A DNA stretch of 64,000 nucleotides from Vulcanimicrobiota bacterium (lineage in GTDB: Bacteria; Vulcanimicrobiota; Xenobia; Xenobiales; JADMJV01): NCBI GenBank assembly GCA_050250895.1, contig JBFWNU010000001.1:96001-160000 (forward strand). The letters are read 5' to 3'. Positions 9,614 through 18,702 of this stretch are shown here, one piece after another. A program made the position numbers and the translations under genes. Every line of letters begins with the position of its first letter. The first letter of the stretch is position 1. A model generated the notes under the pieces. It was not told where the DNA came from, did not search any database, and saw only the letters and a list, made by a program, of their open reading frames with translations.

Positions 9614-9905
9614 TCAGCCCAGCGGCGCGGCGCGCAGCGCCGATAGGGAGTGACGAGAACGCCACCCACGTTCCCGAGTCGCCCCCTGATCATACGTTCT
9701 CGTCAATCCCGTCAAGCCGCGGCCGGGCTGACGAGCATTTGGTAGTCAGCCCAGCGGCGCGGCGCGCAGCGCCGATAGGGAGTGACGAGAACGCCACCCA
9801 CGTTCCCGAGTCGCCCCCTGATCATACGTTCTCGTCAATCCCGTCAAGCCGCGGCCGGGCTGACGCTCACATCGTAGTCAGCCCAGCGGCGCGGCGCGCA
9901 GCGCC
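9611..9905. repeat. 132-bp tandem structured repeat (~2.2 copies), REP-like
   Basis: Units start at 9611, 9743 and 9875; terminal inverted repeat GTCAGCCC/GGGCTGAC; internal stems. Confidence 0.9.
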
Positions 9906-9939
9906 AGGAGGGTGGCTACTGGGGCTGGTATTGGTGCTC

Positions 9940-10788
9940 ATGCTGATCAATCCAATTCAGGCTGATCCCTATCGCGACCAGATTGACGAATGGCACCGGA
10001 CCCGCCTCGAGAGCCTGCACCGGCCCGACGGCTGGTTGAGCCTGGTCGCCCTGCACTGGCTCGACGATGGCCGCGCCTACACCCTCGGCTCGCAGGCCGA
10101 CCTCGACCTGCCCGATTCGGCTCCGCCCGTGTTGGCCCGCGTGAGTCGCCAGGGCAAACAGGTTCGCTTCGAGTTCACCCAGCCGGTGCAGTGGGGCGAA
10201 GAGCAAGTCTCCCAGGCCGAGGTGTCGACCGGCGATCCCGAAGGAGCCAAGCCCTTCCGCTTCGGCAGCCTGTTGTGGTATGCGATCGAACGCGACGGCC
10301 AGGTGGGTCTGCGGATCAAGGATAGCCAGAGCCCAGTCAGAACGAATTTCACCGGCATCGAACGCTTTCCCGTGGATGCCCAATGGCGAGTCGCCGCCCG
10401 GTTGGTGGCCCATCCGGGAAAAGTCGAAGTGCCGTCGGTGCTGGGCGGTCAGACCAGCGAAGACTCTCCCGGAGAGGTCGTCTTCACCCATCAGGGACGG
10501 GAATATCGTCTCAAAGCCCTGGCCGAGCCAGGCGAGACGGGGTTGTTCATCATTTTCGCCGATAAGACCAACGGAAAGTCGACCTATGGGGCAGGGCGAT
10601 TTCTCTACACCGAGGCGCCCGAGGCCGATGGCAGCGTCTGGCTCGACTTCAACAAAGCCTACAACCCCCCGTGCACATTTACACATTTTGCTACATGTCC
10701 GCTCCCCCCAGGCCAAAATCGACTCGATTTTGAAGTCCTGGCGGGAGAAAAGCAGTACACTTCTGATACATTTCCCCACAAAGATTGA
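9940..10788 (+). CDS. DUF1684 family secreted protein (start uncertain, roughly 9919-9940)
   Basis: GWLSL..L.WL, F.D.TNG..TYGAGRFL, DFNKAYNPPC.F...ATCPLPP..N.L...V.AGEK. Confidence 0.9.
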   Translation: MLINPIQADPYRDQIDEWHRTRLESLHRPDGWLSLVALHWLDDGRAYTLGSQADLDLPDSAPPVLARVSRQGKQVRFEFTQPVQWGEEQVSQAEVSTGDPEGAKPFRFGSLLWYAIERDGQVGLRIKDSQSPVRTNFTGIERFPVDAQWRVAARLVAHPGKVEVPSVLGGQTSEDSPGEVVFTHQGREYRLKALAEPGETGLFIIFADKTNGKSTYGAGRFLYTEAPEADGSVWLDFNKAYNPPCTFTHFATCPLPPGQNRLDFEVLAGEKQYTSDTFPHKD

Positions 10789-10828
10789 CTACAACTTCAG
10801 GTAGAGTGGCCTGGATAGGAGGTCGAGC

Positions 10829-11533
10829 TTGAAATATTCTTCGATGCCCCCCAGTGAAACCGGCCATCGCGGACGCGTGCTGGTGGTTGAGGACGAAACC
10901 GAGATCCGTGAATTCATCCGTCGCTACCTCGAAGACGACGGCTTTGAAGTCCTGACCGCCTCGAGCGGACACCAGGCATTGGACCTGGTCCACCAGCAGG
11001 TAGAGTTGCTGGTGCTCGACCTTGGCATTCCCGGTCCAGACGGCTTGGATATCATCCGCCGCCTGCGCGAATTTAGTCCAATTCCGATCCTCATCGTGTC
11101 AGCCCGAGGGGAAGGGGCCGACCGGGTCACCGGACTCGAACTCGGAGCCGACGACTACCTGACCAAGCCGTTTCTACCCCGCGAGCTGGTGGCTCGCGTC
11201 AAAGCCCTGCTGCGACGCTCGCGGCTGCCTTCGCTGGGCAGCCAGTCGAGCGGACCACTGGTGGTCGATCCCAATGCCCGTCGGGTGTTGCTCGAGGGCG
11301 AGCCGGTCGACCTGACCCCCCGCGAGTATGACCTGCTCAAGACGCTGGCCCTGGCTCCGGGCAAGAACTTCACCCGAGAAGAGCTACTCGATCGCGTCTG
11401 GGGGCCGGAGTACCTCGGCGACGCCCGCCGGGTCGACCTCTATATCAGCAAGATCCGGGCCAAACTCAGCCGACCCGGAAAGCCCGCTCCCATCCGCTCG
11501 ATCTGGGGAGTAGGCTACCGCTTCGAAAGTTGA
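10829..11533 (+). CDS. OmpR-family response regulator
   Basis: Receiver domain (VVEDE, GADDYLTKPF) plus winged helix (LTPRE..LL, WGVGYRF). Confidence 0.95.
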   Translation: MKYSSMPPSETGHRGRVLVVEDETEIREFIRRYLEDDGFEVLTASSGHQALDLVHQQVELLVLDLGIPGPDGLDIIRRLREFSPIPILIVSARGEGADRVTGLELGADDYLTKPFLPRELVARVKALLRRSRLPSLGSQSSGPLVVDPNARRVLLEGEPVDLTPREYDLLKTLALAPGKNFTREELLDRVWGPEYLGDARRVDLYISKIRAKLSRPGKPAPIRSIWGVGYRFES

Positions 11534-11600
11534 CCTTCCCTCAAAGGCAGGAGACCCCTGGTGCTGCTGGAATTTTTCTCAACACAAGGGGATTTAGCGC

Positions 11601-11888
11601 TTGCGACATTGGAAAACAGCCTCACTCTGGCTCAATTTGACCGCTTTCGCCCTGTTTTTGGTGGGTTCGGTCATGGTCTATCTGCTTCCGTCGCAACTGG
11701 CTCAACTGGGCCTGACGCCGGTGATGGGCAAGATCGTCTTGCTGCAACTGGTCAGCTTCATCCTCTTGCTCGGTGCATTTCAGACCTGGCTGGGTGACGG
11801 TTGGCGGCGGGCCTCTTTGGCCGCCTCCTTCCTAGTCCTGGGCGAGAGCCTGATGATCGCCGTGCTCTTTCCCACTATCCCGAGCTGA
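11601..11888 (+). CDS. Small membrane protein
   Basis: Three hydrophobic segments; fills the gap between the response regulator and hpt. Confidence 0.6.
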   Translation: MRHWKTASLWLNLTAFALFLVGSVMVYLLPSQLAQLGLTPVMGKIVLLQLVSFILLLGAFQTWLGDGWRRASLAASFLVLGESLMIAVLFPTIPS

Positions 11889-11921
11889 AGGATCCCATCT
11901 CTAACTGGCAAAGGTGAGCCG

Positions 11922-12470
11922 ATGACCAGGGCCCTACCGCCAGAACTCACCCGTGTTCTCCTCGCTGAGGAGCTGATCCAGCAACGCATCCGCGAACTGG
12001 CCGAGACCATTTCACGCGACTATCAGAATGAAGAACTCATTCTGCTTTGCGTACTCAAGGGCTCGCTGATGTTCACCTCAGACCTGATGCGCCATCTTGA
12101 CCTGCGCGTGATGGTCGACTTTATCGGCATCTCGTCGTATGGCGAGTCGACCCGCTCGTCAGGCGTAGTGCGCATCGTCAAGGACATGGAAGAGAACATC
12201 AGCGGACGCCACGTGCTGGTGATCGAAGACATCGTCGACACCGGCCTGACGCTCAACTATCTGCGTGGCGTGCTCAAGCTGCGCAATCCGGCCAGCGTGA
12301 AAATCGCGACCCTTCTCAGTAAGCCGTCGCGCCGCAAGGTCGATGTGCCCATCGACTATCTGGGCTTCGAGATCGACGATCATTTCGTGGTGGGTTACGG
12401 CCTCGACTACAAGAGTTTCTACCGCAACCTGCCCTACATCGGCATTCTCGACCCCTCGCGCGAAGGCTAG
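11922..12470 (+). CDS. hpt: Hypoxanthine phosphoribosyltransferase
   Basis: VLKGS..F..DL, VLVIEDIVDTGLTL, FVVGYGLDY...YRNLPYI. Confidence 0.97.
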   Translation: MTRALPPELTRVLLAEELIQQRIRELAETISRDYQNEELILLCVLKGSLMFTSDLMRHLDLRVMVDFIGISSYGESTRSSGVVRIVKDMEENISGRHVLVIEDIVDTGLTLNYLRGVLKLRNPASVKIATLLSKPSRRKVDVPIDYLGFEIDDHFVVGYGLDYKSFYRNLPYIGILDPSREG

Positions 12471-13597
12471 CGCCGGCGCAGGGCCAGGATGGTCACGTTG
12501 TCGCGGCCACCGGCTTCGAGGGCTTCATTGAGCAGCGCCTGAACGCAGGTCTTGAGGTTGTCGCCCTGCTCGGCCACGATCCGCTCGAGCACCCCCGGGT
12601 CGACCTCTCCGTTGAGACCGTCGCTGCACAGCAACAGCACGTCACCCGGTTGAAAATCCAGCACCGCGGCCTGAGTCCTGGATTTTTTCTTCCAGGCCGG
12701 CTCGACCAGCACTTTGCGTTCGGGAGGCGAGCCGCCCAGGCTCGAGGTCAGCCGGCTGCGCATCGGATGGGTGCGAGCCTCTTCCTCGCTGACCAGGCCC
12801 TCTTCTTGCAGATAGCGCACCACCGAGTGGTCCTGCGTCCGATAGATCACCTCGCCGTCGCGGAAGTGATACAGGCGAGAGTCGCCGGTATAAGCATGAA
12901 CCGCGAAGTCTTTGGTGATCACCGCAGCCACGGCGGTGGTCCCCATCCCCTGAAGCTTGAGTTCCTTAGAAGCCCGGTGTCGAATCGCTTCATCGGCCCG
13001 TTCGAAACTATCATGCATGGCTCGATGGACCGCTTTGGCCTCGTAAGAATCGAGCTTGCCGAGCATCCCTCCGATGGTTTTGACGGCCACGCTACTGGCC
13101 ACCGACCCACCCGAATGTCCGCCCATCCCGTCAGCCACCAAGGCCAAAACCCCCTCGCGACCCACATCGAGCAAGAAGCGGTCCTGATTCTCGCTGCGGA
13201 CCAGACCCTGGTGGGTAGTGGCGTAGCCCTCGAGCCAATCGAAGCCGAACAGTTCGACCGTGTCGTCAGAGGCGCTAGCCCCCTCCTCGGCGGCCGGCTC
13301 ATCAGCCGCCCCCGCGCTCTCTTCGGGCTGCTCATCCTCGTCTTCGCGACGCGGCTCGCCACTGACTAAAAGCGTCGACCAGCTACCGCTACGGGCTACC
13401 ATCAGCAGCAAGAAGGCAGCCATCCCACCCAGAACGACGCCAAAGAACATCTTCAAGAGGGAACGCAGGTCAGGCCCGTCGTTACCCTCGAACTCTATTT
13501 CCTTAAACACCCGCGTCTGTTCTACCCGGGCGCCCCCGGATCCCCCCCGAACGCGATTGGGCCACTCGACATCCCTGTAACAGATTGGTAACAGCAA
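12467..13597 (-). CDS. PP2C-family Ser/Thr phosphatase with N-terminal TM segment (true start probably downstream of 13597)
   Basis: R..NQD, VADGMGGH, MGTT, GDSR.Y, LLCSDGL, GG.DNVT. Confidence 0.9.
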   Translation of the reverse strand: MLLPICYRDVEWPNRVRGGSGGARVEQTRVFKEIEFEGNDGPDLRSLLKMFFGVVLGGMAAFLLLMVARSGSWSTLLVSGEPRREDEDEQPEESAGAADEPAAEEGASASDDTVELFGFDWLEGYATTHQGLVRSENQDRFLLDVGREGVLALVADGMGGHSGGSVASSVAVKTIGGMLGKLDSYEAKAVHRAMHDSFERADEAIRHRASKELKLQGMGTTAVAAVITKDFAVHAYTGDSRLYHFRDGEVIYRTQDHSVVRYLQEEGLVSEEEARTHPMRSRLTSSLGGSPPERKVLVEPAWKKKSRTQAAVLDFQPGDVLLLCSDGLNGEVDPGVLERIVAEQGDNLKTCVQALLNEALEAGGRDNVTILALRRR

Positions 13598-13671
13598 GGG
13601 CGAATTTCCGGCTTATGATGACGTCGTCCCGGGGGGGAAAAAACCCGGAAGCAAGTCGAGAGGACCAGGCA

Positions 13672-13839
13672 ATGCAGTCATATTCTTACCAACCGGAGCC
13701 TCGCGCAGAAAGCAGTGCCAAGCCTGCCGTTGGCCCTAGCGCTCACTGGTCGCACCTTCGCCGCCACGGTCAGGCGGACGTGCTCGCCAGCAAGGCTCGA
13801 GACTACATCCAGGCGATGCTTCGCCAAGATGGAAAGTAA
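13672..13839 (+). CDS. Small hypothetical protein (55 aa)
   Basis: GAGAGGA RBS before the ATG; terminator downstream. Confidence 0.5.
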   Translation: MQSYSYQPEPRAESSAKPAVGPSAHWSHLRRHGQADVLASKARDYIQAMLRQDGK

Positions 13840-13880
13840 CAAAGTTTCTTACCGATAGCGTCGTTCATTAGCTCCTGTTT

Positions 13881-13912
13881 GCCACCGCCTAAAAACGGTG
13901 GCCTTTTTTTTT
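13881..13912 (+). terminator. Intrinsic terminator
   Basis: GCCACCG-loop-CGGTGGC followed by T9. Confidence 0.8.
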
Positions 13913-13926
13913 GCGCAGCGGGAGAA

Positions 13927-14382
13927 CTAGTTGAGCAGACGGCGCTTGAGCAGGCGAATCTCGGTGGACTGAGCGTTGTAGGAAAAGCCCAACTCGTCGA
14001 CCAGGTGGCGCAACAGCGTCAGTCCGAGACGTCGTTCGCCGGGGCCAAGACCAGGCAGGCGACCCAGCCCATCTTCGCCGACTCGCGAGAGGGTCACCTC
14101 GACCTCGACTCCGTCGCCATTGAGAAAAGAACGAATATTGAGCCGCGATGTGCTCGAGAGCCCGGAATCGAAAGCCTGGTAACAGGCCTCTCCAACCGCC
14201 AGCTTCAAGTCCTCGATCTCTTCGATGTTGAAGCAGAGGGCGTTGCCCAGTCCCGCCATGATCAAGCGGGCGATGCGAATGAATTCGGGCCGGGCGGGAA
14301 TTTCCAGAGCAAACTGTCGCAGTTCCTGAGTCACGACCAGAGTATACCCTCGGGCCTTTGACTCTAAAACGCACGAAAGCAA
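13927..14382 (-). CDS. RsbW-like anti-sigma factor / HATPase protein
   Basis: IPARPEF...ARL, IEDLKLAVGEAC, GLTLLRHLVDE; ATP-binding motifs look partly degenerate. Confidence 0.8.
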   Translation of the reverse strand: MLSCVLESKARGYTLVVTQELRQFALEIPARPEFIRIARLIMAGLGNALCFNIEEIEDLKLAVGEACYQAFDSGLSSTSRLNIRSFLNGDGVEVEVTLSRVGEDGLGRLPGLGPGERRLGLTLLRHLVDELGFSYNAQSTEIRLLKRRLLN

Positions 14383-14395
14383 GCAGAATCAGGGT

Positions 14396-15451
14396 TTAGA
14401 GAGGAGGTCCGGGGGGAAGGACCACCCTTTTCGGCCGGGCCTCTTCGCCCTCTTCGGACTGAGCCGGGCGACCCGGAACATCCGCGAACACGACCACGAT
14501 GCGACCGTTCTCTACACCAAATTGGGACACCTTGCACTCGACCTGGCAGGGAACCTTGGGCCAGGGATTGATCATCACCGACTCGTTAGTCACCTCGATG
14601 AGGCCGCGGGCCTTCTTCTCGAAGGTGCGGATCAGGCCAAGCAACAGATTGCGCGAAAATCCAGGCAGCCCGATGTTGGTCCCCGGCACGTAGAACCGGT
14701 CGAAGTAGATGCCGAACAGGTTGTGCTTGGTCTCGAGGCGCAAGTCGACGCGAAAGGAAAGCGATAGACCCATCTTGACGCTGCCGCCGACAACCATCTT
14801 CTGCCCCGGCAACTCGATATGGAGATCATGGACCACATCGGGAGCCTTGCTCTTGCCCACGGCCAGGGCCCGGCCCAGGAACTTCTCGGCCACTTCGACC
14901 CGCAGCCCGTGAATGACCACCATGGTATTGGCCAGAGCCGCCTTCTTGTTAGGATTGTTGAGGTCGAAGTCGTAAAGGCGCACCAGCACGTCCTTGACCA
15001 CCACGCACTCCTCGTCGCCCAGCAGCAGCCTGACCTTGTCCAGCTTGACCTCGAGTTCTAGCACTTTCTTGGCGGTCAGCTTGACACTCAGTTTGAGGTT
15101 GTCGAGGATCACCGTGTCGAACAGTTCGTGGGCCCGCGCGGCCAGCGGTTCTTTGATGACCTCCGCCAGACGGGCGAAAAAGGGTGGCGCCATCTTCAAC
15201 ACCATGTGCCCCACCACTGGCTTGAGCCGAATGGAGGGGTCGGTGGGGGTAGGCGGGATCACGTCTTCGAGGCCGAATTTGAGGTGCTGGAAGCTCAGAC
15301 CCTCGAGCTTGCCGTCGCCAGCGCTGAGATCGACAGAGTCGATCCCCGCAGCCACCGCCAGCGCTCCTCCGGGAGCTGTGTTGACCGAGGCCGTGGCCTG
15401 ATTCACGGCGACCGTATTGATTAGATTTAGATATTTACCGATCTGATCCAT
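14396..15451 (-). CDS. Hypothetical protein
   Basis: Long ORF with host codon usage; GAGGT RBS before ATG 15451. Confidence 0.75.
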   Translation of the reverse strand: MDQIGKYLNLINTVAVNQATASVNTAPGGALAVAAGIDSVDLSAGDGKLEGLSFQHLKFGLEDVIPPTPTDPSIRLKPVVGHMVLKMAPPFFARLAEVIKEPLAARAHELFDTVILDNLKLSVKLTAKKVLELEVKLDKVRLLLGDEECVVVKDVLVRLYDFDLNNPNKKAALANTMVVIHGLRVEVAEKFLGRALAVGKSKAPDVVHDLHIELPGQKMVVGGSVKMGLSLSFRVDLRLETKHNLFGIYFDRFYVPGTNIGLPGFSRNLLLGLIRTFEKKARGLIEVTNESVMINPWPKVPCQVECKVSQFGVENGRIVVVFADVPGRPAQSEEGEEARPKRVVLPPGPPL

Positions 15452-15479
15452 GCTTACCTCGAGCCGCGCTATTCTTGGC

Positions 15480-15803
15480 TCAGTAGATCCCTTCCTGGAA
15501 CGCCGACTTGGAAACGACCAGATCGATGGCGTGCTTATTGACGGTGACGAAGTCAGCACGGTAGAGCAAGCTGTCGCCCGAGATGGAATAGACCTCGGCG
15601 TTAGTGATGGGCAGAAAATCTCGAATCCGGTTGTTGAGCTCGTCAGAAAGGCGGGCGTCCATCAGCAGGTACAGTTCGCCCTCGACCCGATGATTGCGGG
15701 TGAAGATGATCACCTCGCGTCGCTCTTTGGGAATCTTCAGAGACACTCGGTAGCCTTCTTGAAGTCGGGCCCCAAGCCTGCTGCGCATCCTCCTGATGGT
15801 CAT
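15480..15803 (-). CDS. Conserved hypothetical protein (DUF6812-like)
   Basis: RVEGELYL...ARLSDELN...DFLPITNA...FVTVNK..I pattern. Confidence 0.7.
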   Translation of the reverse strand: MTIRRMRSRLGARLQEGYRVSLKIPKERREVIIFTRNHRVEGELYLLMDARLSDELNNRIRDFLPITNAEVYSISGDSLLYRADFVTVNKHAIDLVVSKSAFQEGIY

Positions 15804-15808
15804 CTACC

Positions 15809-15837
15809 TTGACACAATCCGCGCCTCACCCTATAAT
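15809..15837 (+). promoter_or_regulatory. Consensus sigma70 promoter of rplJL
   Basis: TTGACA (15809-15814), 17-nt spacer, TATAAT (15832-15837). Confidence 0.9.
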
Positions 15838-15924
15838 GTCGCACTGAGAACAGAGGAAGGAAGAGCCTTTTCGACTCTTTCCGAGCGACCCGGGCGCGGG
15901 CCGCTCGACGGAAAAGCCAGGCCG

Positions 15925-16035
15925 CGGCCGCAGACAGCAGGTTTTGCATAAATCGCCCTCCGGGTGAGCCTGCCGAGGCAGCAAAGTCAGAGACCCCTCT
16001 GGCTTTCTACCTCCTGTCGGCGCGGGAGGTTTTTT
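15925..16035 (+). promoter_or_regulatory. Ribosomal protein L10 leader with attenuator
   Basis: CCGCAGACAGCAGG...TAA...CCTGCCGAGG core, then ACCTCCTG/CGGGAGGT hairpin with T-tract, upstream of rplJ. Confidence 0.85.
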
Positions 16036-16076
16036 CGTATCCCCCGGTCTCCGACAAGAGAGAGAGGAGGAACGCG

Positions 16077-16640
16077 ATGAAATCTCATGCAGAGCAAATG
16101 CAACGCCGACAAGAGTCGGTGGCCACTCTCAAAGATTGCTTCGAGCGAGCCAGTATCGCCATTCTGGCGGACTATCGCGGTGACGGGTCCGGTCTGACCG
16201 TTAAGGAAATTACCGAACTTCGTGGCAAGCTCAGGGAGAACGGCGGCGAGTTTCGCGTCGTCAAGAACACCCTGGCCAAGCGCGCCGCCGCCGAAGCGGG
16301 AGTCAAGGGGCTCGACGATCACTTCAAAGGTCCTATGGCCATCGCTTTCGGCTATCAAGACCCGGCCGCCGTGGCCAAGGCCATTTTGGACTTCGCCAAG
16401 GACAAGAAGGATCGTTCACTTCCTGAGGTCCGCAGCGGCTACATGGAAGGTGAGGTTCTCAGCGACGAAAAGCTGAAGGCCATCGCCGACCTGCCGAGCC
16501 TGCCGCAAATCCAGCAGCAGCTCCTCGGCCTGATGCTCGCCCCGCATCGCAACATCATGGGCGTGATGAACGCACCCGGACGCCAGATGGCAACCGTCAT
16601 CGACGCCTGGAAGAAGAAACAAGAGGAGGGCGGGGCCTAG
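16077..16640 (+). CDS. rplJ: 50S ribosomal protein L10
   Basis: DYRG..GLTV..ITELR.KLR, VVKNTLA.RA, LPS. Confidence 0.97.
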   Translation: MKSHAEQMQRRQESVATLKDCFERASIAILADYRGDGSGLTVKEITELRGKLRENGGEFRVVKNTLAKRAAAEAGVKGLDDHFKGPMAIAFGYQDPAAVAKAILDFAKDKKDRSLPEVRSGYMEGEVLSDEKLKAIADLPSLPQIQQQLLGLMLAPHRNIMGVMNAPGRQMATVIDAWKKKQEEGGA

Positions 16641-16674
16641 CTCCCCGACCGCAAGAAATTAGGAGGAAATACCA

Positions 16675-17058
16675 ATGGCTAAAGTAGACAAAGCTGACCT
16701 CGTTGAGGCTATCTGCAACCTGACCCTGCTCGAGGCTGCCGATATCGTGAAAGAACTCGAAGAAAAGCTCGGCGTATCGGCCGCGGCTCCCATGGCGATG
16801 GCGATGCCCGTCGGCGGCGGCGGCGCTGCCGCTGTTGAAGAAGAAAAAACCGAATTCAACGTCGAACTCACCTCGGCCGGCGCCAGCAAGATCCCCGTGA
16901 TCAAAGTCGTTCGCGCCGTCACCAACCTTGGCCTCAAAGAAGCCAAGGAGCTCGTCGAGAGCGCACCCACCAACGTCAAAGAAGCCGTGCCGAAGGAAGA
17001 GGCCGAGAAGATCAAGGCCCAGTTCGAAGAGGTCGGCGCCACCATTACTATCAAGTAA
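16675..17058 (+). CDS. rplL: 50S ribosomal protein L7/L12
   Basis: [30 protein letters not shown]. Confidence 0.98.
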   Translation: MAKVDKADLVEAICNLTLLEAADIVKELEEKLGVSAAAPMAMAMPVGGGGAAAVEEEKTEFNVELTSAGASKIPVIKVVRAVTNLGLKEAKELVESAPTNVKEAVPKEEAEKIKAQFEEVGATITIK

Positions 17059-17072
17059 CTCTCTCTTTCTCG

Positions 17073-17104
17073 AAAAGACCCCGGTTTTGCCGGGGTCTTT
17101 TTTT
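17073..17104 (+). terminator. Intrinsic terminator of rplJL
   Basis: AAAAGACCCCGG-TTTTG-CCGGGGTCTTTTTTT. Confidence 0.9.
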
Positions 17105-17176
17105 GTTCCAGCTCAGGATTCTTTGCTCGCAAGCAGGCCGCTTCGAGGGCTGGTTAGAATTGCCGGTGTTAGGTCC

Positions 17177-17638
17177 ATGGACTCCATCGAAACCACTCCC
17201 AACCCCCGCGTGCGCGCCGCCGTGGCGATTTGCCACGACGAGTCGATCTTACTCGTCTGTCACGAGAAAGCGGGTCGTCGCTACTGGCTCTTACCCGGGG
17301 GCGGCATCGACTTCGGCGAGCCGGCTCATCAGGCCGCCCGGCGCGAAGTGCTGGAGGAGACCGGGCTGGAAATCGAGATGGGACAGCTGTTGTTGGTCAA
17401 CGAGACCCTGGCTCCCGACGGCTCGAGGCACCTGCTGCACCTGACCTTTGCCGGAACCTTGACCGGCGGACACTTGCGACCCTCGCTCGACCCCCGCGTC
17501 TGCGGAGCTCGCTGGGTGCCCCTCGACGAACTGGCCGGCGTAACCCTCCATCCTCCCCTGGCTCCGCAATTGCTGGAAGCCCTCGACGGCGGCTACGGCC
17601 ACCGCGACCGCTTCCTCGGTAACCTCTGGGTCGACTGA
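17177..17638 (+). CDS. NUDIX hydrolase
   Basis: Nudix box GGGIDFGEPAHQAARREVLEETG. Confidence 0.92.
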   Translation: MDSIETTPNPRVRAAVAICHDESILLVCHEKAGRRYWLLPGGGIDFGEPAHQAARREVLEETGLEIEMGQLLLVNETLAPDGSRHLLHLTFAGTLTGGHLRPSLDPRVCGARWVPLDELAGVTLHPPLAPQLLEALDGGYGHRDRFLGNLWVD

Positions 17639-17744
17639 GGGAGCCGCTGCCCGGAGAAGGGAGCCGCTGCGCGGAGAAGGGAGCCGCTGCGCGGAGGAGG
17701 GAGCCGCTGCCCGGAGAGCGGAGCCGCTGCGCGGAGAAGGGAGC
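17639..17744 (+). repeat. 20-bp tandem repeat x5 (GGGAGCCGCTGCSCGGAGAA)
   Basis: Five near-identical units directly after the NUDIX stop codon. Confidence 0.9.
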
Positions 17745-18018
17745 GAAACTCGCTGTCGCTCGTTTCGAGGTTCTGGTTAGGCGGCCTGCGGCCGCAATCC
17801 TTCGGGCGCGTAGCCGCGCCGAATTCGGAATTCGGTAGTGGGGGCTGCCCGAATCTAGCTCGCTGGTTAGCAGCCGGTCTTCCGCGCGGAAGTGGCCCCC
17901 GCCGCGACTTCCTCGGCGAGAATGGCCCGCCCGCGGGATGCCGAGCGGCTCGTACTTCCATACTTCCAGCTGGAAGACATGCCAGTTGCCAGTTCTCGGC
18001 CGGCGCGAGGCCAGCACG

Positions 18019-18627
18019 GCTAGCCCAAGCTGCAAGGTCCGCGACTCGGCCGGACTTCCGTGCGGAAGTGGCCCGGCGGAGGCCAGTCCACGGCTTGCCG
18101 TGCCAGAGTTACGACGCGTAGCGTCGAGTAACTCAAAGTCTCACTGGCGAGCGCAAGCGAAGCCAGTGCTCCCATCTCCGGGCGCAGCCCGGCTCCCTTC
18201 TCGACGACGAAGTCGTCGCCCCGCTAGGCCAAGCTGCAAGGTCCGCGACTCGGCCGGACTTCCGTGCGGAAGTGGCCCGGCGGAGGCCAGTCCACGGCTT
18301 GCCGTGCCAGAGTTACGACGCGTAGCGTCGAGTAACTCAAAGTCTCACTGGCGAGCGCAAGCGAAGCCAGTGCTCCCATCTCCGGGCGCAGCCCGGCTCC
18401 CTTCTCGACGACGAAGTCGTCGCCCCGCTAGGCCAAGCTGCAAGGTCCGCGACTCGGCCGGACTTCCGTGCGGAAGTGGCCCGGCGGAGGCCAGTCCACG
18501 GCTTGCCGTGCCAGAGTTACGACGCGTAGCGTCGAGTAACTCAAAGTCTCACTGGCGAGCGCAAGCGAAGCCAGTGCTCCCATCTCCGGGCGCAGCCCGG
18601 CTCCCTTCTCGACGACGAAGTCGTCGC
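18019..18627. repeat. 204-bp tandem repeat x3 built from hairpins (REP/BIME-like)
   Basis: CCAAGCTGCAAGG recurs at 18025, 18229 and 18433; copies look identical; internal palindromes. Confidence 0.92.
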
Positions 18628-18702
18628 TCCTTTCTCACGAGCAAAGCGAGTTGCTCCTCTCTCACGAGCAAAGCGAGACGCTCCTCGCGAGCAACGCGAG
18701 CG
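18626..18702. repeat. 27-bp repeat (GCTCCTYTCTCACGAGCAAAGCGAG) x2 plus a degenerate copy
   Basis: Direct reading. Confidence 0.7.

Noticed and set aside
18019-18627. CRISPR array (also considered for the 9.6, 34.7 and 57.9 kb arrays)
   Set aside because: Whole units repeat with no unique spacers, and there are no cas genes in the window.
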